NCBI GenBank assembly: GCA_963841435.1
Contig: CAWJCS010000005.1
Span: 1,216,001-1,280,000 of the forward strand
Source of the DNA: an uncultured delta proteobacterium
GTDB taxonomy: Bacteria; Myxococcota_A; Polyangia; Polyangiales; Polyangiaceae
Reading direction: 5' to 3'
DNA: 64,000 bases
Shown: positions 10,877 through 19,334 of the stretch, piece after piece
Layout: the number at the start of each line of letters is the position of its first letter
How positions within the stretch are numbered: the first letter of the stretch is position 1
Position numbers and translations under genes: made by a program
Notes under the pieces: generated by a model
Told to the model about the DNA's origin: nothing
The model's database searches: none
The model's input: only the letters and a program-made list of their open reading frames with translations

Positions 10877-11613
10877 CCACGTTCGACGAACCGACGCGCC
10901 TGTCCGAGCTCGGCTCGGAGGCACCCGATAGCTTGCGGCAGCTCTTGTCTGCCGCGCGCGGCGACCTACCGACGGCCGCAGAGCTCGCGCGCGTCCAGGC
11001 GCGACTCGATCCGCTCTTCCACACGCCGCCGCCGGCTCCAGCTCCGGCGCCGAGCGCGGCGGCCCTCGCGCCCACGGCAAAGCTCGGGTTGCTCGCGCTC
11101 GGTGGTGTCGCCGTGGCCGGCGCCATCTGGCTCGGGACGCGAAGCGAGCCCGCACGCCCCACGGCGAAACCTGCCGCCCCAAGCGCCGAGCAAACCATCG
11201 ACCCACCCGAACGCGCGGCGCCGCCCGCTCCGAAGCCCTCCCCCGAGCCGGCTCCGGCCCAAAGTGAGCCCGCCGTGCCCGCCGACGAAGGACCTTCCTC
11301 GGTGAATACGCCACCTCCCGCGCCCCATCGCACCGCCGCACCTCGCCCCGAACCGCGTCCGGAGGACGCCCTGCTCGAGGACGCGCGAAAGGCGCTCTCG
11401 TCCAATCCGCAGCGCGCGCTTTTGCTCACTCGCGAACACGAGGTAACCTATCCTGGTGGCGTGCTCACGCAGGAGCGCGAGGTGATCGCGATAGAAGCGC
11501 TACGGCGCCTCGGACGCTCGGAAGAGGCCGCCAAGCGCCTCGAGCGGTTCGAGCAGCGGTACCCTCAATCCGCGCACCGGCGAAAGCTCGAAGGCCCCGC
11601 CACGGCCCCATGA
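10873..11613 (+). CDS. Putative anti-sigma factor (single TM, Pro-rich linker, C-terminal TPR-like helices)
   Basis: GTGA-coupled to the sigma gene; TM LGLLALGGVAVAGAIWLG; LLEDARKAL...YPGGVLTQEREVIAIEAL...FEQRYPQS. Confidence 0.7.
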   Translation: MTTFDEPTRLSELGSEAPDSLRQLLSAARGDLPTAAELARVQARLDPLFHTPPPAPAPAPSAAALAPTAKLGLLALGGVAVAGAIWLGTRSEPARPTAKPAAPSAEQTIDPPERAAPPAPKPSPEPAPAQSEPAVPADEGPSSVNTPPPAPHRTAAPRPEPRPEDALLEDARKALSSNPQRALLLTREHEVTYPGGVLTQEREVIAIEALRRLGRSEEAAKRLERFEQRYPQSAHRRKLEGPATAP

Positions 11614-12572
11614 CACGCTGGCCGCTTGCCGGTGCCTGCCTGATCCTGCTGGTAGGCGCTGCGTCGGGCGCCTGCACGGACGACGTGCTCGTCGGTCTGG
11701 ACCTGCCGCGCGACGGCGGCGCCGGCACACTGCCGTCGGACGCGGCGAGCGGCAACGCGGGCACGAGCGCCACCGCGGGCGTTGGTGGCGACGCGGGCAC
11801 GAGCGCCAACGCGGGCACTCTCGGTGACGCCGGCGCGAGCGAGCCCACGTGCCAACCTGTGAGCTGCCAGGGGAAGATCTTTCGATGCGGCGATTGTATC
11901 GACAACGACGGCGACGGTGCGGTCAACGCCGAGGACAGCCAGTGCCTCGGCCCCTGCGACGACACGGAAGATTCTCTGTTCCTCGACCTTCCGGGAGGCA
12001 ACGGCGGCGGATGCCGTGAAGATTGCTACTTCGATCGCAATTCGGGGTCCGGCAACGACGGTTGCCGCTACAGCGCGAGCTGCGACCCCCTTTCGGTGGC
12101 CCCGGACTACCCACCGAGCGGCAGCTCGAGCTGCGCGCTCGTCGAAAGCGGCACGGTGCCCGGCCTCGGCGCGACGTGCGACGAGCTTGCCGCCTCGCAA
12201 CCTCAGGCGTGCCTCGACGCCTGCTTGCCTCTCACGCCCAACGGCTGCGACTGCTTTGGCTGCTGCGAGCTGCCCGCCGGCAGCCAGCGCTACGTGTGGC
12301 TCGGCTCGTCCGCCACGAACGGCCAAGGCACGTGCACCGAGGACGTGCTCGACGATCCGTCGCTCTGTCGCCCGTGCACACCGGTCCCCTCGTGCTTCAA
12401 CGACTGCGGCCCGTGCGAGGTGTGCGCCGGACGACCGACGCCCGATCCGAGCTGCAACGGTGGTGGGCCGCGCTGCACGCTCGGACGTCCCGCTTGCGGC
12501 CAGATCGGTGAAGCGGCGTGCAACGCGGGCTCGTACTGCATCACGGGCTGCTGCATCCCCGAACCGCGCTGA
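11610..12572 (+). CDS. Cys-rich lipoprotein, paralog of 6724..7731
   Basis: ATGA overlap; lipobox SGAC; CIDNDGDGAVN, DCYFDRNSG, NGCDCFGCC, YCITGCCI. Confidence 0.75.
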   Translation: MTRWPLAGACLILLVGAASGACTDDVLVGLDLPRDGGAGTLPSDAASGNAGTSATAGVGGDAGTSANAGTLGDAGASEPTCQPVSCQGKIFRCGDCIDNDGDGAVNAEDSQCLGPCDDTEDSLFLDLPGGNGGGCREDCYFDRNSGSGNDGCRYSASCDPLSVAPDYPPSGSSSCALVESGTVPGLGATCDELAASQPQACLDACLPLTPNGCDCFGCCELPAGSQRYVWLGSSATNGQGTCTEDVLDDPSLCRPCTPVPSCFNDCGPCEVCAGRPTPDPSCNGGGPRCTLGRPACGQIGEAACNAGSYCITGCCIPEPR

Positions 12573-12692
12573 GCGCACGTTTCCCGACATCCTGCGCAGG
12601 AGAGAAGTCACGGCAAACGCGTGGGCGCGACCTACCGACTTTGCGCATTGCTCCGAATTTGGGATCATAGAGAGATTAGCGGAGGCTTTTTC

Positions 12693-13601
12693 ATGACGCG
12701 TTTCGGCATCGGTGTTCTCTCGGGGCTGTGTTTGATCACGGGATCGATCGTCGCGTGCAGCGGCAGCTCGACGAGCTTCAACGACGCAAAGGGAGGCGCG
12801 GGATCGGGCGGCTCCGGTGCCAGCTCCGGCAACGGAAGCGGCGGATCAGGCGCAACGGGGGGTAGCGCTACGGGCGGCAGCGCGGGCAAAGGAACCGGCG
12901 GCTCGGGGACGGGCGGCAGCTCCGCTGGCAATGGCGGCACCTCGGGGGACGGCGCGGGCGGCAACGCTGGCGACGCCACGGGCGGCACGGGCGGCACGGG
13001 GACGGGCGGCAGCGCGGGCATGGCGGGCGGCGGCGGAACGGGCGCGATGACCGGGTATCACCCTCCCCCCGAACAGGTCGACGCCTGCACGAGCACCTGC
13101 CAGAAAGCAGCCGACGCGAATTGCGACAACGGCGACTCGCTCGCCACGTGCATCACCGATTGCAGGACGGCCATCCGTGTCGAGGCGTGCTCGGATGCGT
13201 GGGACACACTCTTCGCATGCCAGGCGATGGACACCGTGGAATGTAACGGTGACGGCCAGCCGACCTTCCCCGATTGCGTCGACGAGTACGCCCTCGCGAT
13301 TGCGTGCGTCTACGACACCGCCATCGGCGGCGACCTCGAACCGCCCTGCTCGGACTACTGCAACGCCCAGGCCGACGTGATGTGCGACAACTCGACGAAC
13401 AGCGCCGATTGCACGCAAGAATGTCAGCTCGTCGGGACGATCGTCGAAGCTTGCGATACCGAGTACGTCGTGTACCTCGACTGCGCGAAAGACGCGGACT
13501 TTACCTGCAACGCGGATGGCGACCCGTTCGCGAACGCCTGCGCCGCAGACTATCTCCGCTTCTTGGCCTGCGTCGTCACCGAGTACGACATTCAGCTCTG
13601 A
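12693..13601 (+). CDS. Lipoprotein with a Gly/Ser linker and two tandem Cys-rich repeats
   Basis: GGAGG RBS before ATG 12693; lipobox IVAC; two ~75-aa repeats with the same Cys spacing. Confidence 0.75.
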   Translation: MTRFGIGVLSGLCLITGSIVACSGSSTSFNDAKGGAGSGGSGASSGNGSGGSGATGGSATGGSAGKGTGGSGTGGSSAGNGGTSGDGAGGNAGDATGGTGGTGTGGSAGMAGGGGTGAMTGYHPPPEQVDACTSTCQKAADANCDNGDSLATCITDCRTAIRVEACSDAWDTLFACQAMDTVECNGDGQPTFPDCVDEYALAIACVYDTAIGGDLEPPCSDYCNAQADVMCDNSTNSADCTQECQLVGTIVEACDTEYVVYLDCAKDADFTCNADGDPFANACAADYLRFLACVVTEYDIQL

Positions 13602-13702
13602 GCGGCGCGCGGGACCACGACGCTCGAGCCGCAGTTTCCCGCGGGGGCGTGCGGTCGTGCCGGTGGAAGGTCATGGTGACCCGGCGTGACGGCCAGGCGT
13701 GG

Positions 13703-15388
13703 TCAGTAGCGCGCGGGCGGCCCGTAGAGGGTCTCGCGCCATTCGGCGTAGCCGCCGGCGCCGCCCGTCAGTGTTTGCACGAGCATCTGGCTCGAATCGA
13801 TCTCGTGGATCACGCTCGCCGTGGAGAACGCGACGAGCACGTTGCCGTTCGGCAGCTGCTGCACGTCACCGAGGACGTTGCTCGTCGTCCCGGGCTGGTA
13901 CGTCCAGACCTGCATGGCGGTGAACGTCCCCATCTCGTTCAGCTGGTACTTGTAGACCGTCGATGAGCCGCTCGAGCCGTTGTTGAAGAACAGGAAGGCG
14001 CCACTGCCGTCATCCGGCATGTCGTGCCCGTGGTTGACGCGCCAGCTACCCTCGACGCAGCCGGGTGCGGGCGCTCCCGAGCAGCTTCCGCCGAGCTGCC
14101 AGAGCACCTGCCCCGTGTGGCTGATCTTGACGAACAGATTCGGGTTGCGATCGCTGATCGTGTAGCTGTCGTCGGTCGGATGATAGTGAAGGGCGTTGGC
14201 GTGAAAGCGGTTGGAGCCGCCCATGCCCGATCCACCCGTGTAGACGCTCGCGTCGATGCGCGCGACGGCGGTGACGTTGCCTTGGGCATCGCCTTCGATG
14301 AGATCGCTCGGCTGGTCGCCGCTCTGCTGGATCCAAGAGAGGCAAGCGGCCTTGCCGCCCGTCGGCAGCACGGTGATGTCGTGATGACAGTTGGAAAATC
14401 CGGGGATCTTGGTCTCTCTCGTCAGCCCGTCCATGGAGACACGATCGACCTGGCCGCCGTTGTTCGACCCGTTGCCGACGTTGAGCGAGACCATCCACAT
14501 GTGCTGACCGTCACCGCTCATCTTGGCGCGGCTACACTGTGGGGGTGCCGGCGCCCACCACACGGGCTCGCCGTCGGCGTCGAGGATGAACGCATAGGAA
14601 GTGCCGCCCCCGCCGCCCATCATGCCGCCACCACCGCCGCCGATGCCCGTGCTCACGGTAATGAAGCCGCGGGCCTGCGACGCGGCGGCCGGACCCGCCA
14701 TGCGCGTCACGCGCGGCAGCGCGCTCGGCGCCGCACCGGTCGTGATCGAGTACTCGTTGCTCGTGCAGGTCGTGCCGCCCCCGGCGACCTCGACGTGGAA
14801 GTTGTAGGTCTTCGAGGCTTTCATGCCGAGCAACAGAGTCCGAAAGCTCGGCCCCTGGGTCACGTCGACGGGCGCCGTCAGCGTCAACGTTCCACCCTCG
14901 AGACCGAACACGATGCTCGCGCTCGTCGGGCTCGCCATGTTAACGGACCAGTCGACGATACCAACCGTCGGGATGCCGCCGTCGCCGGCCTTGTCCGCGG
15001 TCTGTGACGTCACGGTGAAGGTGCAGGTGCCCACGCCCGTGCCCGCGGCGCCGCTCGCGCCACCCGTGAGGGAGCCCGCGGTGCCTGCCCCCGCGAGTCC
15101 GGCGCTGCCTCCCGTCGCGCCGCCCACCCCGCCCACGCCCGAGCTGCCGGAAGTGCCACCCGTGCCCGCGCCGGCGAAGCTGCCCGCGGCTCCGGAGGTA
15201 CCCCCGACGCCGGAGCTGCCGCCCACCCCCGATGTGCCGCCCGTCGCGCCGCCAGTCCCGCTGCCGCTGCTGCCGCCCGTACCGCCCGACACGTTGGTGC
15301 CCGGCTCGTCGCCCGACGAGCAGCCACCCGCGATGGCGAGAGCAAACAGGGAGCCGAAGAGAGTCTGGAACGATCGAGGGTAAAACAT
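13703..15388 (-). CDS. Arylsulfotransferase (ASST)-family lipoprotein
   Basis: Lipobox AGGC, Gly linker, ILDADGEPVWW, HHDITVLP, FHANALHY...ISDRN, HGHD, GDVQQLPNGNVLV. Alternative start 15430. Confidence 0.75.
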   Translation of the reverse strand: MFYPRSFQTLFGSLFALAIAGGCSSGDEPGTNVSGGTGGSSGSGTGGATGGTSGVGGSSGVGGTSGAAGSFAGAGTGGTSGSSGVGGVGGATGGSAGLAGAGTAGSLTGGASGAAGTGVGTCTFTVTSQTADKAGDGGIPTVGIVDWSVNMASPTSASIVFGLEGGTLTLTAPVDVTQGPSFRTLLLGMKASKTYNFHVEVAGGGTTCTSNEYSITTGAAPSALPRVTRMAGPAAASQARGFITVSTGIGGGGGGMMGGGGGTSYAFILDADGEPVWWAPAPPQCSRAKMSGDGQHMWMVSLNVGNGSNNGGQVDRVSMDGLTRETKIPGFSNCHHDITVLPTGGKAACLSWIQQSGDQPSDLIEGDAQGNVTAVARIDASVYTGGSGMGGSNRFHANALHYHPTDDSYTISDRNPNLFVKISHTGQVLWQLGGSCSGAPAPGCVEGSWRVNHGHDMPDDGSGAFLFFNNGSSGSSTVYKYQLNEMGTFTAMQVWTYQPGTTSNVLGDVQQLPNGNVLVAFSTASVIHEIDSSQMLVQTLTGGAGGYAEWRETLYGPPARY

Positions 15389-15430
15389 CAGCGCTTTCGT
15401 CCTATTGCCACGGCGGGGCTCGCCCGACAT

Positions 15431-16777
15431 TCACGGGGGGTGCTGGGCCTTCCCGGAAGTACCCGGGGAGCCTCCCGAAAAGGCCGCCGTGAGCACGCGC
15501 GATGCATAAGGCAAAATCAGCCCAGGAAGTCCGAGCCGCGGCGCGAGGAGCCCGGCGAGTCCGAACAAGAGGACGAGCGTGCGCTCGACGTAAAAGTATC
15601 CGTCGGGGTATTCGACGCTCTTCATGACCTGCCGCAGATGCCCGCGCATCTGACGATACCCGGAAAGCCTCTCGAGCTCCGCGCGATCCAGGCGAGAAAA
15701 ATCGCCGATCTTGGTGTTACCGAGCACCTTCAGGTACTCGCGACCCACCTTGCGCAAGAGCTCCTGGTCGCCTCCCGGCGCGACGAAGCCCATGTGCTCG
15801 AGACCCCGCAAGATGCGCTCGTCGTCCTTCGCGAGGACGCCGAGCACGACGCCCTTCATACCCTCCGCGAGGGCCGGCGTGACGTCCTCGACGGCGCCGA
15901 AGTCGAGCAGCACGAGCTTCGGTCCCGGCCGGACGAGGAAGTTGCCCGGGTGCGGGTCGGCGTGGAACACGCGGTGATCGAGCAGCATCTGAAAGTAGCA
16001 CTCCGCGAGCAGCTTCCCCACGGCCTCCGGATCGATGCCCGCCGCGCGCTGCGCTTCGACATCCGACACCTTGATGCCGGGCTCGAACGACATCGTGAGC
16101 ACGCCGCCACGGGTGAGCTCGCCGACGACGCTGGGAATCACCACATCCTCGCGACCCGCGAAGACGGCGCGGAGGCGCTCCATGTTCTGGCGTTCGTGCG
16201 CGTAGTCGATCTCGCGCGCCAACATCGAAGCAAGCTGATCGAGCATGCGCTCCACGCGAGCGATGGGGAGGAAGAGCCGAATCATCGGCATCACCGAGCG
16301 CAGCACGCCGAGATCGCCGGCGATGAGGCGCTCGATGTTCGGGTAGCGGACCTTGACGGCGAGGTCGCGACCGTCGAGCGCCGTGGCGCGGTGAACCTGA
16401 GCGAGCGATGCCGCCGCCAGTGGCTCGCGCTCGAAGCTGCCGAACCGCGCGAGCGCATCGGGACCGAACGCTTCCTCGAGGCGACCCGCGACCTCGTCGA
16501 AGGGTCGTGGCGGCACCTTGTCTTGTAGCTCTTCGAGGGCTTCCCCGAACGCGGGCGGCAGAAACGTCGCCGTGACGCCGAGCACTTGCCCGATCTTGAT
16601 GAAGACGCCGCGCAGCGAGGAGAAACCGTGCGCAAGGCGGCGCGCGTTGCGCCTGTGCGCACGCTCGAAGAGCCGTGCGCCGCGCTTCTCGCCGACGAGC
16701 TTCGCGAGCACCCACGTCACGCCGTACGACGCGAAAATCGACCAGAACAGCGTGAGTGCGCGCAGCGAACGGAGCAC
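15431..16777 (-). CDS. AarF/UbiB (ABC1) atypical kinase
   Basis: FIKIGQ, LQDKVPP, AAASLAQVH, AVKVRYP, FHADPHPGN, LLDFG. Confidence 0.9.
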   Translation of the reverse strand: MLRSLRALTLFWSIFASYGVTWVLAKLVGEKRGARLFERAHRRNARRLAHGFSSLRGVFIKIGQVLGVTATFLPPAFGEALEELQDKVPPRPFDEVAGRLEEAFGPDALARFGSFEREPLAAASLAQVHRATALDGRDLAVKVRYPNIERLIAGDLGVLRSVMPMIRLFLPIARVERMLDQLASMLAREIDYAHERQNMERLRAVFAGREDVVIPSVVGELTRGGVLTMSFEPGIKVSDVEAQRAAGIDPEAVGKLLAECYFQMLLDHRVFHADPHPGNFLVRPGPKLVLLDFGAVEDVTPALAEGMKGVVLGVLAKDDERILRGLEHMGFVAPGGDQELLRKVGREYLKVLGNTKIGDFSRLDRAELERLSGYRQMRGHLRQVMKSVEYPDGYFYVERTLVLLFGLAGLLAPRLGLPGLILPYASRVLTAAFSGGSPGTSGKAQHPP

Positions 16778-16803
16778 GAGGCGGGTAGCCTAGTTCGCGT
16801 CCG

Positions 16804-16935
16804 GCCTTCGCGCTTGATTCGCGCCCGCAAGCACGAAAAATCGCAGGCAACACCCGCCGGTGCCCCCCTCGCGCCCAGCCTTCGCGCTTGATTCGCGCCC
16901 ACAAGCACGAAAAATCGCAAAACAACACCCGCCGG
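16804..16935. repeat. Two direct copies (~57 bp, period 74) of an imperfect hairpin
   Basis: GCCTTCGCGCTTGATTCGCGCCC(G/A)CAAGCACGAAAAATCGCA..CAACACCCGCCGG at 16804 and 16878; stem TTCGCGCTTG/CAAGCACGAA. Confidence 0.9.
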
Positions 16936-16938
16936 CCC

Positions 16939-17300
16939 CGCGCTCGTGCTCGAGCTCCCCGCCACACACCCCACTTCGTGCACCTCGCGCCCCCCGCGCG
17001 GCTGACAAGCCACTTCGTGCACCTCGCGCCTTACCCGACCCCGCGCGGATGACAGCGCCACTTCGTGCACCTCGCGCTCCCCGCGCGACTGACAGTGCCA
17101 CTTCGTGCGTCTCGCGCTCGTGCTCGAGCTCCCCGCCACACACCCCACCTCGTGCACTTCGCGCCCCCCGCGCGGATGACAGCGCCACTTCGTGCACCTC
17201 GCGCCTTACCCGACCCCGCGCGGATGACAGCGCCACTTCGTGCACCTCGCGCCTTACCCGACCCCGCGCGGATGACAGCGCCACTTCGTGCACCTCGCGC
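16939..17300. repeat. REP-like array: eight copies of a 20-bp core with reused spacers
   Basis: CCACTTCGTGCACCTCGCGC (two variant copies) at 16971, 17010, 17058, 17098, 17145, 17185, 17233 and 17281. Confidence 0.92.
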
Positions 17301-17400
17301 CTGTCCAATCGCCTCCCCAACGCGACGCACGGCCAGATGACTCAAACTCGCCCGGGACCACTGGACGCGGCCCCCAACTCATATTATAGCCTCTTTCAAG

Positions 17401-18177
17401 TTGAGACGAACGCGAGAACGCACCCTCCCGATTCGGGGCGAACAGCTGGCTCTCCCCCTCAGGGGTCCGTGGGGCGGCAGGCGGTCTCACGCCGGGCGCA
17501 AACCAGGCCCACAGCCGAAGACGCCGCACCGCGCGCGGCCACGCCATCAGGCGGGGCACCCCGTGCACGTCACACTGCGCGCGGGGCTCGGCTCGCTGCG
17601 CAGCCAACATCTGTACCCGACGGTGCGGCTGGCGATTGCCCGATCTTCACGCCGCGATCCCGCGCGGTTTCGCATTCCCGAGTTTTCCGTTCAGGACAAT
17701 CATGTCCACTTGCTCGTCGAGGCGCGCGACGCGCGAGCGCTTTCGAGCGGCGTGCGCGGGCTCGCCATCCGAATCGCGCGCTACGTCAACGACCTGCTCA
17801 TGCGTCGCGGGCGCCTCTGGGCGGACCGGTGGCACGGCCGAGACCTGAAGTCGCCCCGCGAAGTGCGCGCCGCGCTCGTTTACGTTCTCGCCAATTTTCG
17901 CAAACACGCGCGAGGCCCGCTCCCCGGAGGAATCGATCCCTGCTCCTCCGCTGCTTTTTTTGGGGGTTTTCGAGGTTGGAACCCCGAAGCCTCGGGGCAC
18001 CCCCCGTTCGTCGGGCGTGCGCCGCCCGTGTTCGTCGACCTCGAGCACCGCGGGCGAGGCGCTGACGAACCTGCGAGACCGGTCGTCACGGCAAAAACGT
18101 GGCTCTTGAGACTCGGGTGGCGGCGTTCGGGCCTCATCGGCCTCCACGAAGCGCCGAAGCCAAACCTCCGCCGCTGA
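17401..18177 (+). mobile_element. HUH/Y1 tyrosine transposase (IS200-like superfamily, REP-associated RAYT type)
   Basis: PVHVTLR, FSVQDNHVHLLVEA (HUH), GRLWADRWH, VYVLAN (catalytic Tyr helix); repeat arrays on both sides; TTG start uncertain. Confidence 0.85.
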
Positions 18178-18183
18178 GGCTGT

Positions 18184-18484
18184 GGTCGCTCGCCGCGCCA
18201 CCCCGCCGCTCGCCGTGCCACCCCGCCGCACGCGGTCGCTCGACGTGCCACCCCGCCGCACGCGGTCGCTCGACGTGCCACCCGCCGCACGCGGTCGCTC
18301 GGCGTGCCACCCCGCCGCACGCGGTCGCTCGACGTGCCACCCCGCCGCACGCGGTCGCTCGACGTGCCACCCGCCGCACGCGGTCGCTCGACGTGCCACC
18401 CCGCCGCACGCGGTCGCTCGACGTGCCACCCCGCCGCACGCGGTCGCTCGACGTGCCACCCCGCCGCTCAAGGCCGCACGCGGC
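18184..18484. repeat. Tandem array of a 29-30-bp hairpin unit (eight full copies plus degenerate ends)
   Basis: Unit GTGCCACCCCGCCGCACGCGGTCGCTCGAC with internal stem CCGC-AC-GCGG; fills the gap between the transposase stop and the leuD stop. Confidence 0.93.
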
Positions 18485-18486
18485 GC

Positions 18487-19089
18487 TCAGAACGCGAGGT
18501 ACGGCAGTTTTGCGGCGGTGGACTTCACTTGCTCGGTGCCGTCGAGCAGCTGCCCGATGGGGTCCCACTCGCCCTTGACGAGCGCGTCGCGCGCCGCCGG
18601 CTTCATCGTCGCCGGAAAGCTCAGCGAGCCGGCGCTCACGGTGCCGCTCCCGAGATCAATCGTGAGCTCGAGCGCCGGATCGTTCTCGATCGCGGCGGCG
18701 AGCGCGAGCACGGCGTCGTGACTCACCGACACGCAGGGCATCCCGAGCGTCGTGGAGTTGCCGAAGAAGATCTCGGCGAAGCTCTCGGCCACGACGGCCC
18801 GGATGCCGAACTTCGCGAGCGCCTGCGGCGCGTGCTCGCGCGAGGACCCGCAGCCGAAGTTGGCGTTCGAAAGCAGGATCGAAGCGCCCGCGAAGCGCGG
18901 GTCGTTGAGCGGGTGAGTCTTCGGCTTGCCGCTCTCGTCGAAGCGAACGTCGTAAAAGAGCGACGCGCCAAGACCGTCGAACGTGACGCACTTCATGAAG
19001 CGCGCCGGAATGATGCGATCGGTGTCGATGTCGTCGCCCGCAACGTAAACACCGCGCCCGGTTACCTTCGTGATCTTCTCGAGTGCCAT
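18487..19089 (-). CDS. leuD: 3-isopropylmalate dehydratase small subunit
   Basis: DDIDTDRIIPARF, NFGCGSSREHAP, ESFAEIFFGN. Confidence 0.96.
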   Translation of the reverse strand: MALEKITKVTGRGVYVAGDDIDTDRIIPARFMKCVTFDGLGASLFYDVRFDESGKPKTHPLNDPRFAGASILLSNANFGCGSSREHAPQALAKFGIRAVVAESFAEIFFGNSTTLGMPCVSVSHDAVLALAAAIENDPALELTIDLGSGTVSAGSLSFPATMKPAARDALVKGEWDPIGQLLDGTEQVKSTAAKLPYLAF

Positions 19090-19334
19090 TGTCTATTCGC
19101 TCCTTCGCTTCGCCTAGCACCGTGATCTGCTCGAGCGAAAGCTCGCGCTGAAATCGCTGTCGGTGCCACGCTCGATGCCGCCATGCCTCTTCGAGCGGGC
19201 TTCGCTCTCGGCGACCGCGTCGAGCAGCGTCCGCCGCGTTGCCGCGGCTCGCCGAGCGTCGTGGGCCGCCCGGACGCCGTGCCGCTGCTGAGCGGTGATC
19301 CCGTGAGGTGCCATAGCGTCTACGCCGCGCTCGC

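Noticed and set aside
16971-17300. CRISPR array
   Set aside because: The repeat is only 20 bp, spacers are reused and mutually related, and there are no cas genes; a RAYT-type gene is adjacent instead.
16717-17345. ORFs with REVHEVAL / ADDSATSC repeats
   Set aside because: These are translations of the DNA repeat array; unit lengths are not consistently multiples of three.
17401-18177. IS605/IS200 element with TnpB or IscB
   Set aside because: No RuvC-like ORF is adjacent, and the flanks are arrays rather than compact IS ends.
18099-18721. Arg-rich repetitive ORFs over the 30-bp array
   Set aside because: 29/30-bp unit variation shifts the frames, and the ORFs overlap the transposase and leuD.
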